A model generated the notes under the pieces. That model saw only the letters and a program-made list of their open reading frames with translations, made no database searches and was not told the origin of the DNA. Source: a virus. Taken from it: a stretch of 64,000 nt of DNA. How positions within the stretch are numbered: the first letter of the stretch is position 1; each line of letters starts with the position of its first letter. Where the stretch lies: positions 35,865 to 99,864 of IMG/VR virus record IMGVR_UViG_3300032236_000552; one strand, 5' to 3'. Below are positions 19,330-28,940 of this stretch, piece by piece. The translations under genes were made by a program, and so were the position numbers.

Positions 19330-20243
19330 TGGCAAAGAAAAAAGCCAGCGATAAGGTTGGTATGACGCCTGAACGTCGTTCAGAGATTGATGCAGAGACA
19401 GCAAAGGCACTGGAAAGCGCTAGAGCGTCAGAAGAAGCACGTCGTGCCCGTAAGACCTCTACTTCGGTAAAAGGTCCTGACAGAATTTCTTTAGAAGAAT
19501 CAAAGGCAGCGGTTAAGAAGCGTAGTGCAAGCCGACCAACCGTTAAGCGAGACGAATCAACTGGCAAGATTGTTTCAGCAAAGCCGCCAAAAGCGCCAAT
19601 GACAGGCACTCCTGTTACTGTAGACGCCAAGACTCGTATCCTTCACTCAAAGACTGGCACAGTCGTTGCTAAGCCACGTAAGAAAACTCGTACTGGCAAG
19701 AAGTTAGACAAAGCCACAGGAAAGATTGCAATACCTACAGTAAAACGTGGTGAAGACGGCAAGGCTGTAGCAATCCCTAAAGAAGAACGTGTATCCCCTG
19801 TCACTCAGTTACCTACAGCAGGTCCTGATGTAATGGCGCCAAAGGGTCCAGCAGCACCGCTTGCTGGTCCACGTGGCGGAGTAAAGCCAAACAAGAAGAA
19901 CCTCAACAACCGAGGTAACCTCAAGGGGTTTGCTGTCTCCCACAAGATTGTGGCTGCAGCAGCAAATGCGGCAATGGGTCACCTACGTGCCATGCACCAA
20001 ACCCACGGCACCTCAGCCTTCCACGAACATCATGAGGTTTTTAACCTTATCCACGCCAATATCGCCAAGATGTCTCCAGATATCCACGCCATGTTAGGTC
20101 AGGGTCGCCACGAAGTGATGAACCCAGGTCCTGAAACTGGTAAGCGATTAAACGATGTAGAAAAGGCTGTAAACGATAGAATTACTATAGGCAAACAAGC
20201 GCAAGAGGCTCGTGCTCGGCGCCAAGACGAATCAAGAGGTTAA
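19329..20243 (+). CDS. Highly basic Lys/Arg/Ala-rich protein
   Basis: 304 aa; disordered basic N-terminal region, His-rich helical C-terminus. Confidence 0.7.
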   Translation: MAKKKASDKVGMTPERRSEIDAETAKALESARASEEARRARKTSTSVKGPDRISLEESKAAVKKRSASRPTVKRDESTGKIVSAKPPKAPMTGTPVTVDAKTRILHSKTGTVVAKPRKKTRTGKKLDKATGKIAIPTVKRGEDGKAVAIPKEERVSPVTQLPTAGPDVMAPKGPAAPLAGPRGGVKPNKKNLNNRGNLKGFAVSHKIVAAAANAAMGHLRAMHQTHGTSAFHEHHEVFNLIHANIAKMSPDIHAMLGQGRHEVMNPGPETGKRLNDVEKAVNDRITIGKQAQEARARRQDESRG

Positions 20244-20247
20244 TATC

Positions 20248-20454
20248 ATGGCAGTTAATTCATCCCGTTCGATGAACAACTCTCTTAACGAGGGCGCAAC
20301 AGACGGTAAGTACCGCAAGGTTCGTCCAAACACTGAAGTCATGCCAGGACTTGGTGACTCAGCAACTGCTGACAACCGCCAATCACTCAACCCATTCTGG
20401 GGTTACGGTTTCCTTACATCTGATTATCCAAACAAAGTGAATCCAGGTAAGTAA
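20248..20454 (+). CDS. Small hypothetical protein (MAVNSSRS...)
   Basis: SD GAGG upstream of ATG 20248. Confidence 0.65.
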   Translation: MAVNSSRSMNNSLNEGATDGKYRKVRPNTEVMPGLGDSATADNRQSLNPFWGYGFLTSDYPNKVNPGK

Positions 20455-20456
20455 TC

Positions 20457-20825
20457 ATGGCAATTATCCGCAAAGGCGATGCACAAGCAACTCGTGAATT
20501 AGCAAAACGAGCAATCAAGCAACAATCTGCTCGTAGTCGTGCCTCTAAGAAGTCATTAAACGAGGCTGGGTTAGTAGACAACTACTTAAATGAGCGTAGT
20601 GTCATGGTTAACCCAGACGGAACTGCAACAGCAAAGAACCCTCGTACTGGACGTCGTGAAGCATTTGAAGGTCCTATCAGCGGTAGCAACACTATGCTAA
20701 ACAAGAAGATGGTAAAAAGAAATCGTCAAACATTAGGTTCTGGGGTTATTAAAGCAGGAAAAGTTGTAAAGGGAAGCGCTTCACTGTTAAAAAAACCACA
20801 ACCTAAAAAAACAACAGGTAAGTAA
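20457..20825 (+). CDS. Basic hypothetical protein flanked by 20-bp direct repeats
   Basis: CAGGTAAGTAATCATGGCAA at 20444 and 20815. Confidence 0.65.
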   Translation: MAIIRKGDAQATRELAKRAIKQQSARSRASKKSLNEAGLVDNYLNERSVMVNPDGTATAKNPRTGRREAFEGPISGSNTMLNKKMVKRNRQTLGSGVIKAGKVVKGSASLLKKPQPKKTTGK

Positions 20826-20827
20826 TC

Positions 20828-21022
20828 ATGGCAACAATGGTTCCAGACCGTGGAGATAGCCCAAAGCGTAAAGTTCGTTTTTATGACGAAAAAAGCGGTA
20901 AGTCACACACTGCTGATGTTCGCTGGGTAGGGAAGAAAACCCAAAAGCCACATGCAGGTGACATCAAAAAGAACATGAAGCATTATGGACAGACTAACTC
21001 AGGATGGGAAGTACAAGACTAA
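20828..21022 (+). CDS. Small basic hypothetical protein
   Basis: 64 aa ORF in operon. Confidence 0.6.
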   Translation: MATMVPDRGDSPKRKVRFYDEKSGKSHTADVRWVGKKTQKPHAGDIKKNMKHYGQTNSGWEVQD

Positions 21023-21354
21023 TGGCTAAAGCACGCAGAGTTACACACAAGACAGTCGGTGAAGCCGTTGTTAACCGTGAGCGTTTTGAAGGCCCATCTA
21101 GCCGTGGTGGAGCACCAGAAGAAGTAGGTACCTCACGAGGTCGACTATCTTCTGAAGAATCAGCAGTCATGGATGCTCACAAGCCCAACTACGTGGTTAA
21201 GTCCTACGACACCCCAGTCGCATGGCACTCAGACGAGCATGGCTGGCACGTACCTGCTGATAAGCACAGCCCCACAACCTCACGTTTACAGAATAACATT
21301 CGTCGTTCACTGAACGGTCACTTCACTGCAGGTCATCAAGGAGCACGCTCTTAA
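21022..21354 (+). CDS. Hypothetical protein (YVVKSYDTPVAW...SPTTSRLQ)
   Basis: Coupled TAATG start; motif resembles a recurrent actinophage family. Confidence 0.6.
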   Translation: MAKARRVTHKTVGEAVVNRERFEGPSSRGGAPEEVGTSRGRLSSEESAVMDAHKPNYVVKSYDTPVAWHSDEHGWHVPADKHSPTTSRLQNNIRRSLNGHFTAGHQGARS

Positions 21355-21389
21355 TCTGCTAAGATACTCGGACTACTACAAGGAGCATA

Positions 21390-21941
21390 ATGAGTAACGT
21401 ACCTTTACTGGGACAAAAAGATGTACCACAGAACGAGCCTATGTTTCGTTTGTTGTACTGTCTTGTATGCCAAACCCTAGATGAGTTGCCACCCTATGAT
21501 GGCGTTCCTGAGCAAGACCACCTACTCGCTATTGCGGTAGAGACTCACGTATTTCCATCAGGAGAGCCACACAAGGGTAAGTTGTTCGTCCTTCCCTTAC
21601 GAGCATGGGCAAAGCCAGAATCTAAGAAAGAAATCATTCGCCAGATTAAAGGCGGAGGTTCTGCTGGTCTTGCAGAGATTGACGATAGTTTTTACGACTC
21701 ACGTTCGACCTTCATGGAAGGTGCGATGGAGTGCTACGGACGTCACAACAAACCTAAAGAAGGTTGTTCTGACTGGCATAGCAAAGAGAAGTTGCTCATA
21801 CCTAAGACTGTTAAAGAACGTAAAGCAGAGGGTATGGCACGTTACCAAGATGAAGCAGGACCAAAGACATACCTATGCGATTTCTGCCCTGTGGCAATCG
21901 GCGTAGCCCAACGTAAACAAAAACTGTTAGGAATGAACTAA
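21390..21941 (+). CDS. Cys-containing hypothetical protein
   Basis: SD AAGGAG; CLVC...H and C...C...CDFC. Confidence 0.7.
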   Translation: MSNVPLLGQKDVPQNEPMFRLLYCLVCQTLDELPPYDGVPEQDHLLAIAVETHVFPSGEPHKGKLFVLPLRAWAKPESKKEIIRQIKGGGSAGLAEIDDSFYDSRSTFMEGAMECYGRHNKPKEGCSDWHSKEKLLIPKTVKERKAEGMARYQDEAGPKTYLCDFCPVAIGVAQRKQKLLGMN

Positions 21942-22216
21942 TGACGCTCTTTTCTTATTTAGTAACCGCTCAAGAAGACGGAACTATCACAACCACACCT
22001 ACTGAGGCATCAGAGGACGTAACCCGCAAGGCTACGACATTTGATATCTACCAGACCAGCAAGGAATTGGTAAACGATATTGAGTCTCAGATGCTTGCTG
22101 ACCGTGTTGCCCGCTATGTAGTAGCACGTATGCAGCCAAAAGACAACTCAGAAGAGATTAAGGCAAAGATTATTAACGCCTTAACTGATAGGGGCATAGA
22201 CACCCCACAGGAGTAA
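21941..22216 (+). CDS. Hypothetical protein
   Basis: Coupled start. Confidence 0.6.
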   Translation: MTLFSYLVTAQEDGTITTTPTEASEDVTRKATTFDIYQTSKELVNDIESQMLADRVARYVVARMQPKDNSEEIKAKIINALTDRGIDTPQE

Positions 22217-22235
22217 TTCCTAATAGACTATATCC

Positions 22236-23168
22236 ATGATTAGTCCATTTGGGAGTAACGCTCAACCCGTCCATATTCAGGGTTCCGCTACCTCCTACTT
22301 CTCTGCCCCTGAGCAAGAGTTAGACCCAACTCTGTTCGATGGCGAGAAGATAAAGGGCTGGGTACGTAACGGAATCCTGCAACTTCTTTTTGGGTTTCTC
22401 AACGAGACATACCGCAACCCTGACCTATGGGCACACGTATGGATTGCTGGTTCAGGAGTCTCCTACCAGTGGTCTGCTGCTCGTCAGCCAGGAGACTTAG
22501 ACGTCTTAATCGGCGTTAACTACATTCAGTTCCGTCGAGTACAGCCAGAGTACGCTGGTCTATCTGATGTTGAAATCAGCAAGATGTTGAACGAAGATTT
22601 CCGTGAGCACCTACAACCAGACACAGAAAACTGGAATGGTTATGAGGTCACGTTCTACGTGAATCCAGGCGCCACAGACATAAAGACGATTAACCCTTAC
22701 GCTGCCTACGACCTTACACACGATGACTGGACAGTCCGACCTTCTAAAGAAGGTGCACCACACAATGCAGTGTGGGACATGATGGCCCAACGGGACTTGT
22801 CTATGACCACAGATATCGTGAGCCGTTACACACAAGCCATTACCGAGATGCAAGCGGCTCAGAACGACGCCGCACGACGTAACGCCGAATTCCGTATGCA
22901 CTCTGCACTCATGCAGGCATCAGCACTTTACGACGATATCCACCACGCACGTAGATATGCGTTCAGCCCAACAGGTAAGGGCTATGCAGACTTCTACAAC
23001 TACAGGTGGCAAGCAGGCAAGAAGTACGGAAGCGTACCTGCCTTACGTAAGATGTCTGAGTACTGGTCAGCCTACAAAACACAACAAGCAGACGATACCT
23101 ACGGTGTTGAACTGCCAGATACTCAGACCCTCATTCGACGGGCGGCAACATATAGGGCGCATGGATAA
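22236..23168 (+). CDS. Pol-beta superfamily nucleotidyltransferase
   Basis: hG[GS]-x-DxD motif: IAGSGVSY...GDLDVLIGV; later YEVTFYVN. Confidence 0.8.
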   Translation: MISPFGSNAQPVHIQGSATSYFSAPEQELDPTLFDGEKIKGWVRNGILQLLFGFLNETYRNPDLWAHVWIAGSGVSYQWSAARQPGDLDVLIGVNYIQFRRVQPEYAGLSDVEISKMLNEDFREHLQPDTENWNGYEVTFYVNPGATDIKTINPYAAYDLTHDDWTVRPSKEGAPHNAVWDMMAQRDLSMTTDIVSRYTQAITEMQAAQNDAARRNAEFRMHSALMQASALYDDIHHARRYAFSPTGKGYADFYNYRWQAGKKYGSVPALRKMSEYWSAYKTQQADDTYGVELPDTQTLIRRAATYRAHG

Positions 23169-24073
23169 TGGCGTCACTAAACGGAAGCCAATTTAGCGGG
23201 CTACACGCCCCATCCATGTCTACAGGGGTCAGTCAAACTGCCTCAATGTCCAATCCTCCAACGACCATGACTGGTCAAGTATCTACACCAGGTAGTGCAA
23301 GTGCGATAACAAACGCAGTTAAACAAACCACTGGCGTTAGTGATTTTCAGGCTGCTAGTCGTTCGTTTGCTAAAGGCGGATTTGGCAACACAATGGCTGG
23401 TATTGGTCACTCTATCATGGGTGGAATTAACGCTGCCTCTACAGCGTCGATGGCAATTCCTGGAGTTGGTGAAGGAATTAAGGGTGCAGACATTGGATTG
23501 AATCTTGCAATCAAAGGCGGAGACGTCTTTAAGGCTGCAGATGCAACGATGGCTGCTGAAAAAACAGGAACAGCCGCAAAGGTTGTTTCTAAAGCAGCGG
23601 ACACACACCTAAGCCCATCACAGTTTACGCACGAAACCCCTACTCTTTATCACGGTACTGGTGCAAGCATAAAGCCTGGAGCCGTAGTTGCACCTAAGCC
23701 AACAGGTGTAGCAGGAACAGACGCTGCATGGGCTACCCCAGTGGGCAGTCTTGCAGAAAGGCACGCAGCGGCTCATGCGATGGGACTAGGAGCCGATAAG
23801 CAAATGGCATTTTGGTCTCCTGTTTATAAGGTTTCCCCAGTAGATGCCGCTGAGATGTCAAAGACCACAAGCGCATTTGCTAAGAACCCAGCGATACCTC
23901 ACGGTGATATAAAAATGGGAGTTACAGAGTTTGCGTCTAAAAAAGGGTTTACAGTCGATAAGGTAAGCCATCTAGTTGAGAATCCTGAACTAACAAAACC
24001 TGCAGTACCACAAGTTTCACCTCCTAAGCCTACTGCACCAAGACTCTCCTCTAACACAAGGGTGCTCGATTAA
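23168..24073 (+). CDS. Low-complexity N-region plus Arr-like ADP-ribosyltransferase domain
   Basis: LYHGTGASIKPGAVVAP...AWATP...AERHA...VYKVSP resembles rifampin ART (Arr) strand motifs. Confidence 0.6.
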   Translation: MASLNGSQFSGLHAPSMSTGVSQTASMSNPPTTMTGQVSTPGSASAITNAVKQTTGVSDFQAASRSFAKGGFGNTMAGIGHSIMGGINAASTASMAIPGVGEGIKGADIGLNLAIKGGDVFKAADATMAAEKTGTAAKVVSKAADTHLSPSQFTHETPTLYHGTGASIKPGAVVAPKPTGVAGTDAAWATPVGSLAERHAAAHAMGLGADKQMAFWSPVYKVSPVDAAEMSKTTSAFAKNPAIPHGDIKMGVTEFASKKGFTVDKVSHLVENPELTKPAVPQVSPPKPTAPRLSSNTRVLD

Positions 24074-24085
24074 CTAAAGGACTAC

Positions 24086-24574
24086 ATGAACATACTTCTA
24101 TCACTAGACGGCGTACTAAGTTCGGAATCAGGGGAACCAATCCGAGCAGGAGTCGCTCTTTACTACGCCCTAAACATTAACAACCGAGTCGCACTTATGA
24201 CTGCCCGTGGCGAAGAAGACGCCAAACATTGGTTACAGTCGCACGGAATCATTAACTACGATGACTTGATTGACTCTTCTTTTGCCCTAGAAGGCGAAGA
24301 CCTAAAGAAGAGACAGTTCACTGTTAGTCGTAGCCGTGCCCCGATTGAGATGTACGTAGACTCAGACCCAACCATGTGTGCATGGGTATTTGAGACTCAG
24401 AACGTCCCTTCTGTCCTGTTCGCTCACCCAGCCTACCTACGAGTAGAGAACCGCCCAGATGCCCCTCGTAAGGTTCGTAAGTGGTCAGACATTGAGGACT
24501 CGATTACTCGTGTAAACATTGCTAGGTCAATAGATGCCCAGAAGCCTAGAGACCTAGAGTTCTGGGAAGACTAA
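24086..24574 (+). CDS. HAD-fold protein (first catalytic Asp replaced by Ser)
   Basis: ILLSLDGVL, LMTAR, YVDSD. Confidence 0.55.
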   Translation: MNILLSLDGVLSSESGEPIRAGVALYYALNINNRVALMTARGEEDAKHWLQSHGIINYDDLIDSSFALEGEDLKKRQFTVSRSRAPIEMYVDSDPTMCAWVFETQNVPSVLFAHPAYLRVENRPDAPRKVRKWSDIEDSITRVNIARSIDAQKPRDLEFWED

Positions 24575-26079
24575 TGAGAATCGTCTTTAGCGGAGCCGAG
24601 GTAGGCTCTAACCGTACCCTTTTGGAAGGTCAGAAAGTTGAGTTGATGGGACTCAACTTTTGGGGCTTACGCAAAAGAGGTTTGCCCAAGAATAAGATTT
24701 GGCTGATATCAGAGCACTTCCATGAGGACACCAAAGTCATCATTGAGTCTGGAGCGGCCCAGGCAGATAAGGCAGGACTCTCTAAAGAAGAGTTACTTTC
24801 TTTAGCAGCCGAATACCAGGAGTTCCTGGTCAATAACGCAGACAGGGCCACAGCGTTTACTGAGTTTGACTCCCTAGTTTTGGGAAAGGACTGGGTAGAA
24901 GCCCAGCGCCCCTTCTTTGAGAACGACCCAAAGTACTGGGTGGTCTGGCATGAGGAGTACGGTCTGCCAGCCCTCAAAGCGCTCTCTGAGGACTACGAGA
25001 ACGTCGTTATACCCAACGCCGAGATTGAGTCTGTAACCAGCCTCTCAGCCCTCACAAGGGCGTATGAACGTCAATTCGGAACACGGTTCCACGCCCTTGC
25101 CTGTGCCAAGCCAGACAACCTACGACAGATACCATTTGTGACCGCCAGCACATTGTCATGGCTATCTCCCATGCGGAGAGGCGAAACAATCGTCTGGGAT
25201 GGAACCAAGTTGAACCGCTATCCCAAGCGGATGAAAGACCAAGCCAGACCTCGATACAAGGCTATTGTGGAGAAGGCTGGACTGGACTATTTAGAGTTTA
25301 GTAAAGATAGTACCCTCGAAGCGACTAGAGTTGCAGTCTGGTCATACCTACAGATGGAGTCCTCCATGGATAAGAAAACCCCCAACTTCCACATCATCGA
25401 AGGCGGCAAAACCCCCAACTTATCTGATAACAGCGAGGATACCCTATATAGCAGTTTGATGGATTTAGGGGGGGTACCATCTGATAACAGTGGTGTTGAG
25501 ATGCGGAAAAATTCGCCAACTGAACTGGTAGAACGTGACGCTTCTGAGAAGGTAAACCTCCCTGTTTTCGGCTACAAGATGAAGACTGTGGTGGAAACCA
25601 ACGAGGACGGTAAAGACGTTCTCATGGACGTCCCTGTTGTTCAGACTCAGCAATCTTCTTTACGCCAGTGCGATACCTGCTTTGTGGCATCGAACTGCCC
25701 AGCCTTCAAGCCGCAAAATACCTGTGCCTTTAACCTGCCGATTGAGGTCAAGACCAAAGACCAACTCAAGGCTCTCATGGTCTCAATGATTGAAATGCAG
25801 GGTCAAAGAGTCGCTTTTATGCGTTTTGCTGAAGAAATGAACGGTGGATACGCTGACCCTAACGTCTCTCAGGAGGTTGACCGCCTCATTAAAATGGTCA
25901 AGGAAATCAACGACATGAACTCTGATAAAGAGTTTGTTCAGATAACCGCCAGCCGTCAATCCTCTGGTGGAGTCCTGTCTGCTATCTTTGGTGACAGGGC
26001 ACAAGCCCTAAAGGAACTCCCAGAGTCCCTGAAGGAAGACACTGTTACAAAGATTATCAAGTCTTCTATAGAAGATTAG
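24574..26079 (+). CDS. TGT/DpdA-like barrel protein (degenerate) fused to Cys-rich C-terminal domain
   Basis: VIIESGA (cf. DSGA), FHAL...L...PF.TASTLSW...RRG (cf. HxLG...PFxSxDSSSW); CDTC...C...C. Confidence 0.5.
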   Translation: MRIVFSGAEVGSNRTLLEGQKVELMGLNFWGLRKRGLPKNKIWLISEHFHEDTKVIIESGAAQADKAGLSKEELLSLAAEYQEFLVNNADRATAFTEFDSLVLGKDWVEAQRPFFENDPKYWVVWHEEYGLPALKALSEDYENVVIPNAEIESVTSLSALTRAYERQFGTRFHALACAKPDNLRQIPFVTASTLSWLSPMRRGETIVWDGTKLNRYPKRMKDQARPRYKAIVEKAGLDYLEFSKDSTLEATRVAVWSYLQMESSMDKKTPNFHIIEGGKTPNLSDNSEDTLYSSLMDLGGVPSDNSGVEMRKNSPTELVERDASEKVNLPVFGYKMKTVVETNEDGKDVLMDVPVVQTQQSSLRQCDTCFVASNCPAFKPQNTCAFNLPIEVKTKDQLKALMVSMIEMQGQRVAFMRFAEEMNGGYADPNVSQEVDRLIKMVKEINDMNSDKEFVQITASRQSSGGVLSAIFGDRAQALKELPESLKEDTVTKIIKSSIED

Positions 26080-26252
26080 TTATCTGATAACAGCAGGGGG
26101 AGCAGTGTGGAGCAAGGTGGATAGTAGTTTAACCTTTCCTCCCACCCCTTCCCAGTAAACAAAGTTAGCAAGTGCATGATAGGTTTCGACCCGTCACAAT
26201 AGTCCTCCCCACATAGGGGTATTTAGATAAAAGTAGAAATGGTGATTAGGAA

Positions 26253-28268
26253 ATGGGATTGTTCTCGTTTGAACTAGCAGGGGAATTCGTTGAGTCATAC
26301 AAGGGTAAGAAGGCTCCCTTTGGGTATAGGGATGCCGCTGGAAACTCTGTGGGGGAAATCACATTCCTCCGTACCTATTCTCGCCTAAAGGCAGATGGTA
26401 CTAAGGAGACATGGGTGGACGTTTGCCAGAGAGTTATCAACGGCATGTACTCCCTCCAGAAAGACCACGCCAAACTCAACCGTCTTCCATGGTCGGACGC
26501 CAAGGCAGCAGCCTCGGCTAAAGAAGCCTTCGACCGTCTTTTTAACTTGAAGTGGACTCCACCAGGACGAGGCTTGTGGGTCATGGGAACCCCACTCGTA
26601 AATGAGCAACGCAACTCAGCCGCTCTACAGAATTGTGCCTTTGTATCAACAGGCTCGATGACCAAGACAGACCCAGCCAAACCGTTTGCCTTTCTCATGG
26701 AAGCCTCAATGCTCGGAGTGGGCGTTGGGTTCGATGATAAGGGTGCAGATAAGGACTTTACAATCTATGAGCCAGTACAAGGTGATACCTATGTTGTCCC
26801 AGACACAAGAGAAGGATGGGTTGACTCAACAGCGACCCTCCTCAATGCTTACCTACGACCAGATTCGAAGGTACCAGTATTTGACTACCAAGAGATTCGC
26901 CCAGCAGGAGCACCAATCAAAACCTTCGGTGGCACCGCAGCAGGACACGAACCTCTAAAGAAGTTACATGACTTCATTAACGACATGTTCAAGGGCCGTT
27001 CTGGTCAGAAGTTAACTCGTCGTGACATTGCAGACATTGGTAACGTCATTGGCGTTTGCGTTGTCTCAGGCAACGTCCGTCGTTCAGCCGAACTTCTTAT
27101 GGGACGCTTGGACGACCAAGACTTCTTAAACCTAAAGAACTATGAGAAGTACCCTGAGCGTATGTCTCATGGATGGATGTCCAATAACTCTGTTGAGGTA
27201 TCCGTAGGACAAGACCTATCTCCAATCATTGACGGTATCGCCCGCAACGGTGAGCCTGGAGTTATCTGGATGGACGTGTCTCGTCAGTATGGTCGACTTG
27301 CTGACCCAATCAACAATAAGGACTGGCGCATCGCTGGTTACAACCCTTGTGCTGAGCAGTCACTAGAGTCTTATGAGTGCTGTACATTGGTTGAGACTTA
27401 TCTCAATCGCCATGATTCTTTAGAAGACTTCAAAAGAACTTTGAAGTTTGCTTACCTCTATGCCAAGACTGTGACTTTGATTCCTACCCACTGGCAAGAG
27501 ACCAACGCCATCATGCAACGTAACCGCCGTATTGGAACCTCAATCTCAGGTGTGGCTAACTTTGCAGACAACAACGGCTGGTCTGTTTTGCGTACATGGA
27601 TGGACGAAGGCTATCGAGTCATCAAGGGTTACGACGTGAACTACTCAGAGTGGCTCGGTATTCGTGAGTCCATAAAGACGACTACCGTTAAGCCTAGTGG
27701 CACAGTTTCAATCCTTGCAGGTGAGTCCCCAGGCGTTCACTGGGCTTCAGGTGGCAAGCACTTCCTTCGTGCGATTCGATTCAGCAACAACGACCCTATG
27801 CTTCCGCTATTTAAGATGGCGCAATATAAGGTTGAACCTGCAAATGAGTCGCCAGAGACTACGAGTGTTGTCTTTTTCCCTGTAGAGACTAATGCTAAGA
27901 GAGCCGAAAAAGAAGTTTCAATCTACGAGAAGGTTGCTTTGGCAGCGGCAGCACAACGCTACTGGTCAGACAACTCTGTATCTGTGACTGTTACCTTTGA
28001 CGCTGACAAGGAAGCAGAGAACATTGAGTCTGTACTGCACATGTACGACGGTCAGTTAAAGACGATTAGTTTCCTTCCTATGGGCAACATGGTCTACCCA
28101 CAGATGCCATACACCCAAATCACTGCCGAAGAATACGAGGAAGCAACCATGAGTCTCTTCCCCATCGACTTCGCTGGTGTCTATGCAGGTATGGCGGCAG
28201 ACGCCGTAGGTGAGGCTTATTGCACCACAGATGCTTGTGAAGTAAAACTGATTAAAGACAACCAGTAA
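26253..28268 (+). CDS. nrdJ: Class II adenosylcobalamin-dependent ribonucleotide reductase
   Basis: TPPGRGLW, LQNCAF, GNVRRSA, NPCAEQ, TTVKPSGT, C-terminal CTTDAC. Confidence 0.93.
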   Translation: MGLFSFELAGEFVESYKGKKAPFGYRDAAGNSVGEITFLRTYSRLKADGTKETWVDVCQRVINGMYSLQKDHAKLNRLPWSDAKAAASAKEAFDRLFNLKWTPPGRGLWVMGTPLVNEQRNSAALQNCAFVSTGSMTKTDPAKPFAFLMEASMLGVGVGFDDKGADKDFTIYEPVQGDTYVVPDTREGWVDSTATLLNAYLRPDSKVPVFDYQEIRPAGAPIKTFGGTAAGHEPLKKLHDFINDMFKGRSGQKLTRRDIADIGNVIGVCVVSGNVRRSAELLMGRLDDQDFLNLKNYEKYPERMSHGWMSNNSVEVSVGQDLSPIIDGIARNGEPGVIWMDVSRQYGRLADPINNKDWRIAGYNPCAEQSLESYECCTLVETYLNRHDSLEDFKRTLKFAYLYAKTVTLIPTHWQETNAIMQRNRRIGTSISGVANFADNNGWSVLRTWMDEGYRVIKGYDVNYSEWLGIRESIKTTTVKPSGTVSILAGESPGVHWASGGKHFLRAIRFSNNDPMLPLFKMAQYKVEPANESPETTSVVFFPVETNAKRAEKEVSIYEKVALAAAAQRYWSDNSVSVTVTFDADKEAENIESVLHMYDGQLKTISFLPMGNMVYPQMPYTQITAEEYEEATMSLFPIDFAGVYAGMAADAVGEAYCTTDACEVKLIKDNQ

Positions 28269-28282
28269 CTTCTAAAGAAGAC

Positions 28283-28316
28283 AGCCCCGTTAGGTCACAC
28301 TAGCGGGGCTTCTTTT
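28283..28316 (+). terminator. Intrinsic terminator after nrdJ
   Basis: AGCCCCGTTAG-loop-CTAGCGGGGCT followed by TCTTTT. Confidence 0.8.
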
Positions 28317-28329
28317 ATACCATTAGCAC

Positions 28330-28671
28330 ATGGCTACAGAGACAGCACCCACTAAAGACGAAATCAACCACGTCATCTTGACTGGTGCAAACACCCCACT
28401 TGGTAATGGATTGGTACGACACACAGGTCGTCACCCACAGAGTCCAGACCACCGCATTACTGTTGTAACTTCACGTCCTGCTGGTGGAGGTCGCCCAGTC
28501 ATCAAGAGTGCTAAGCGTGAGTACATGCCTTCTAGTGAGGTTATCTCCCAAGCACAACAACGCCAAGCAGCAGTGAAGGCTCGTACTGACCGTAGCACTG
28601 CTAACAAGAAGGCTCAATTAAAGAAGAAGCAAGAGCGTTCTGCATTGGCTAACAACAAGCAAAAGAAATAG
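28330..28671 (+). CDS. Basic hypothetical protein (probably leaderless)
   Basis: TACCAT-6nt-ATG; Lys/Gln-rich C-terminus. Confidence 0.65.
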   Translation: MATETAPTKDEINHVILTGANTPLGNGLVRHTGRHPQSPDHRITVVTSRPAGGGRPVIKSAKREYMPSSEVISQAQQRQAAVKARTDRSTANKKAQLKKKQERSALANNKQKK

Positions 28672-28684
28672 TCTTATAAAGAAG

Positions 28685-28721
28685 AAAGCCCCCAGTCTTT
28701 TGACTAGGGGCTTTTTCTTTT
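28685..28721. terminator. Bidirectional terminator at convergence of the two arms
   Basis: AAAGCCCC.AGTC-TTTT-GACT.GGGGCTTT with T-rich flank. Confidence 0.8.
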
Positions 28722-28725
28722 GGTC

Positions 28726-28869
28726 TTACTTAATGCTTGCAATCTTTGCGTAGCCAGTCTTTTTTTTATTCATGCTACCTGGCTTCTTGTAACCTGAGCC
28801 TTTAGGCATATTTGCTATGCGGATTTCTAAGGCTGCTTTAATTTTGGCTTGATTCTTCTTTGCACCCAT
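28726..28869 (-). CDS. Small basic protein (47 aa, MGAKKNQAK...GYKKPGSMNKKK)
   Basis: Read by hand; SD AAGGGGG upstream. Confidence 0.55.
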   Translation of the reverse strand: MGAKKNQAKIKAALEIRIANMPKGSGYKKPGSMNKKKTGYAKIASIK

Positions 28870-28940
28870 GCTTCCCCCTTTCGTATCTCCATAGACTAGC
28901 GGATAAAGCCCCCGTCGTCAAACGAGGGCTTTACCTTTTG

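Noticed and set aside
26079-26252. NrdR box or cobalamin riboswitch upstream of nrdJ
   Set aside because: Neither consensus is recognisable in the 170-nt gap
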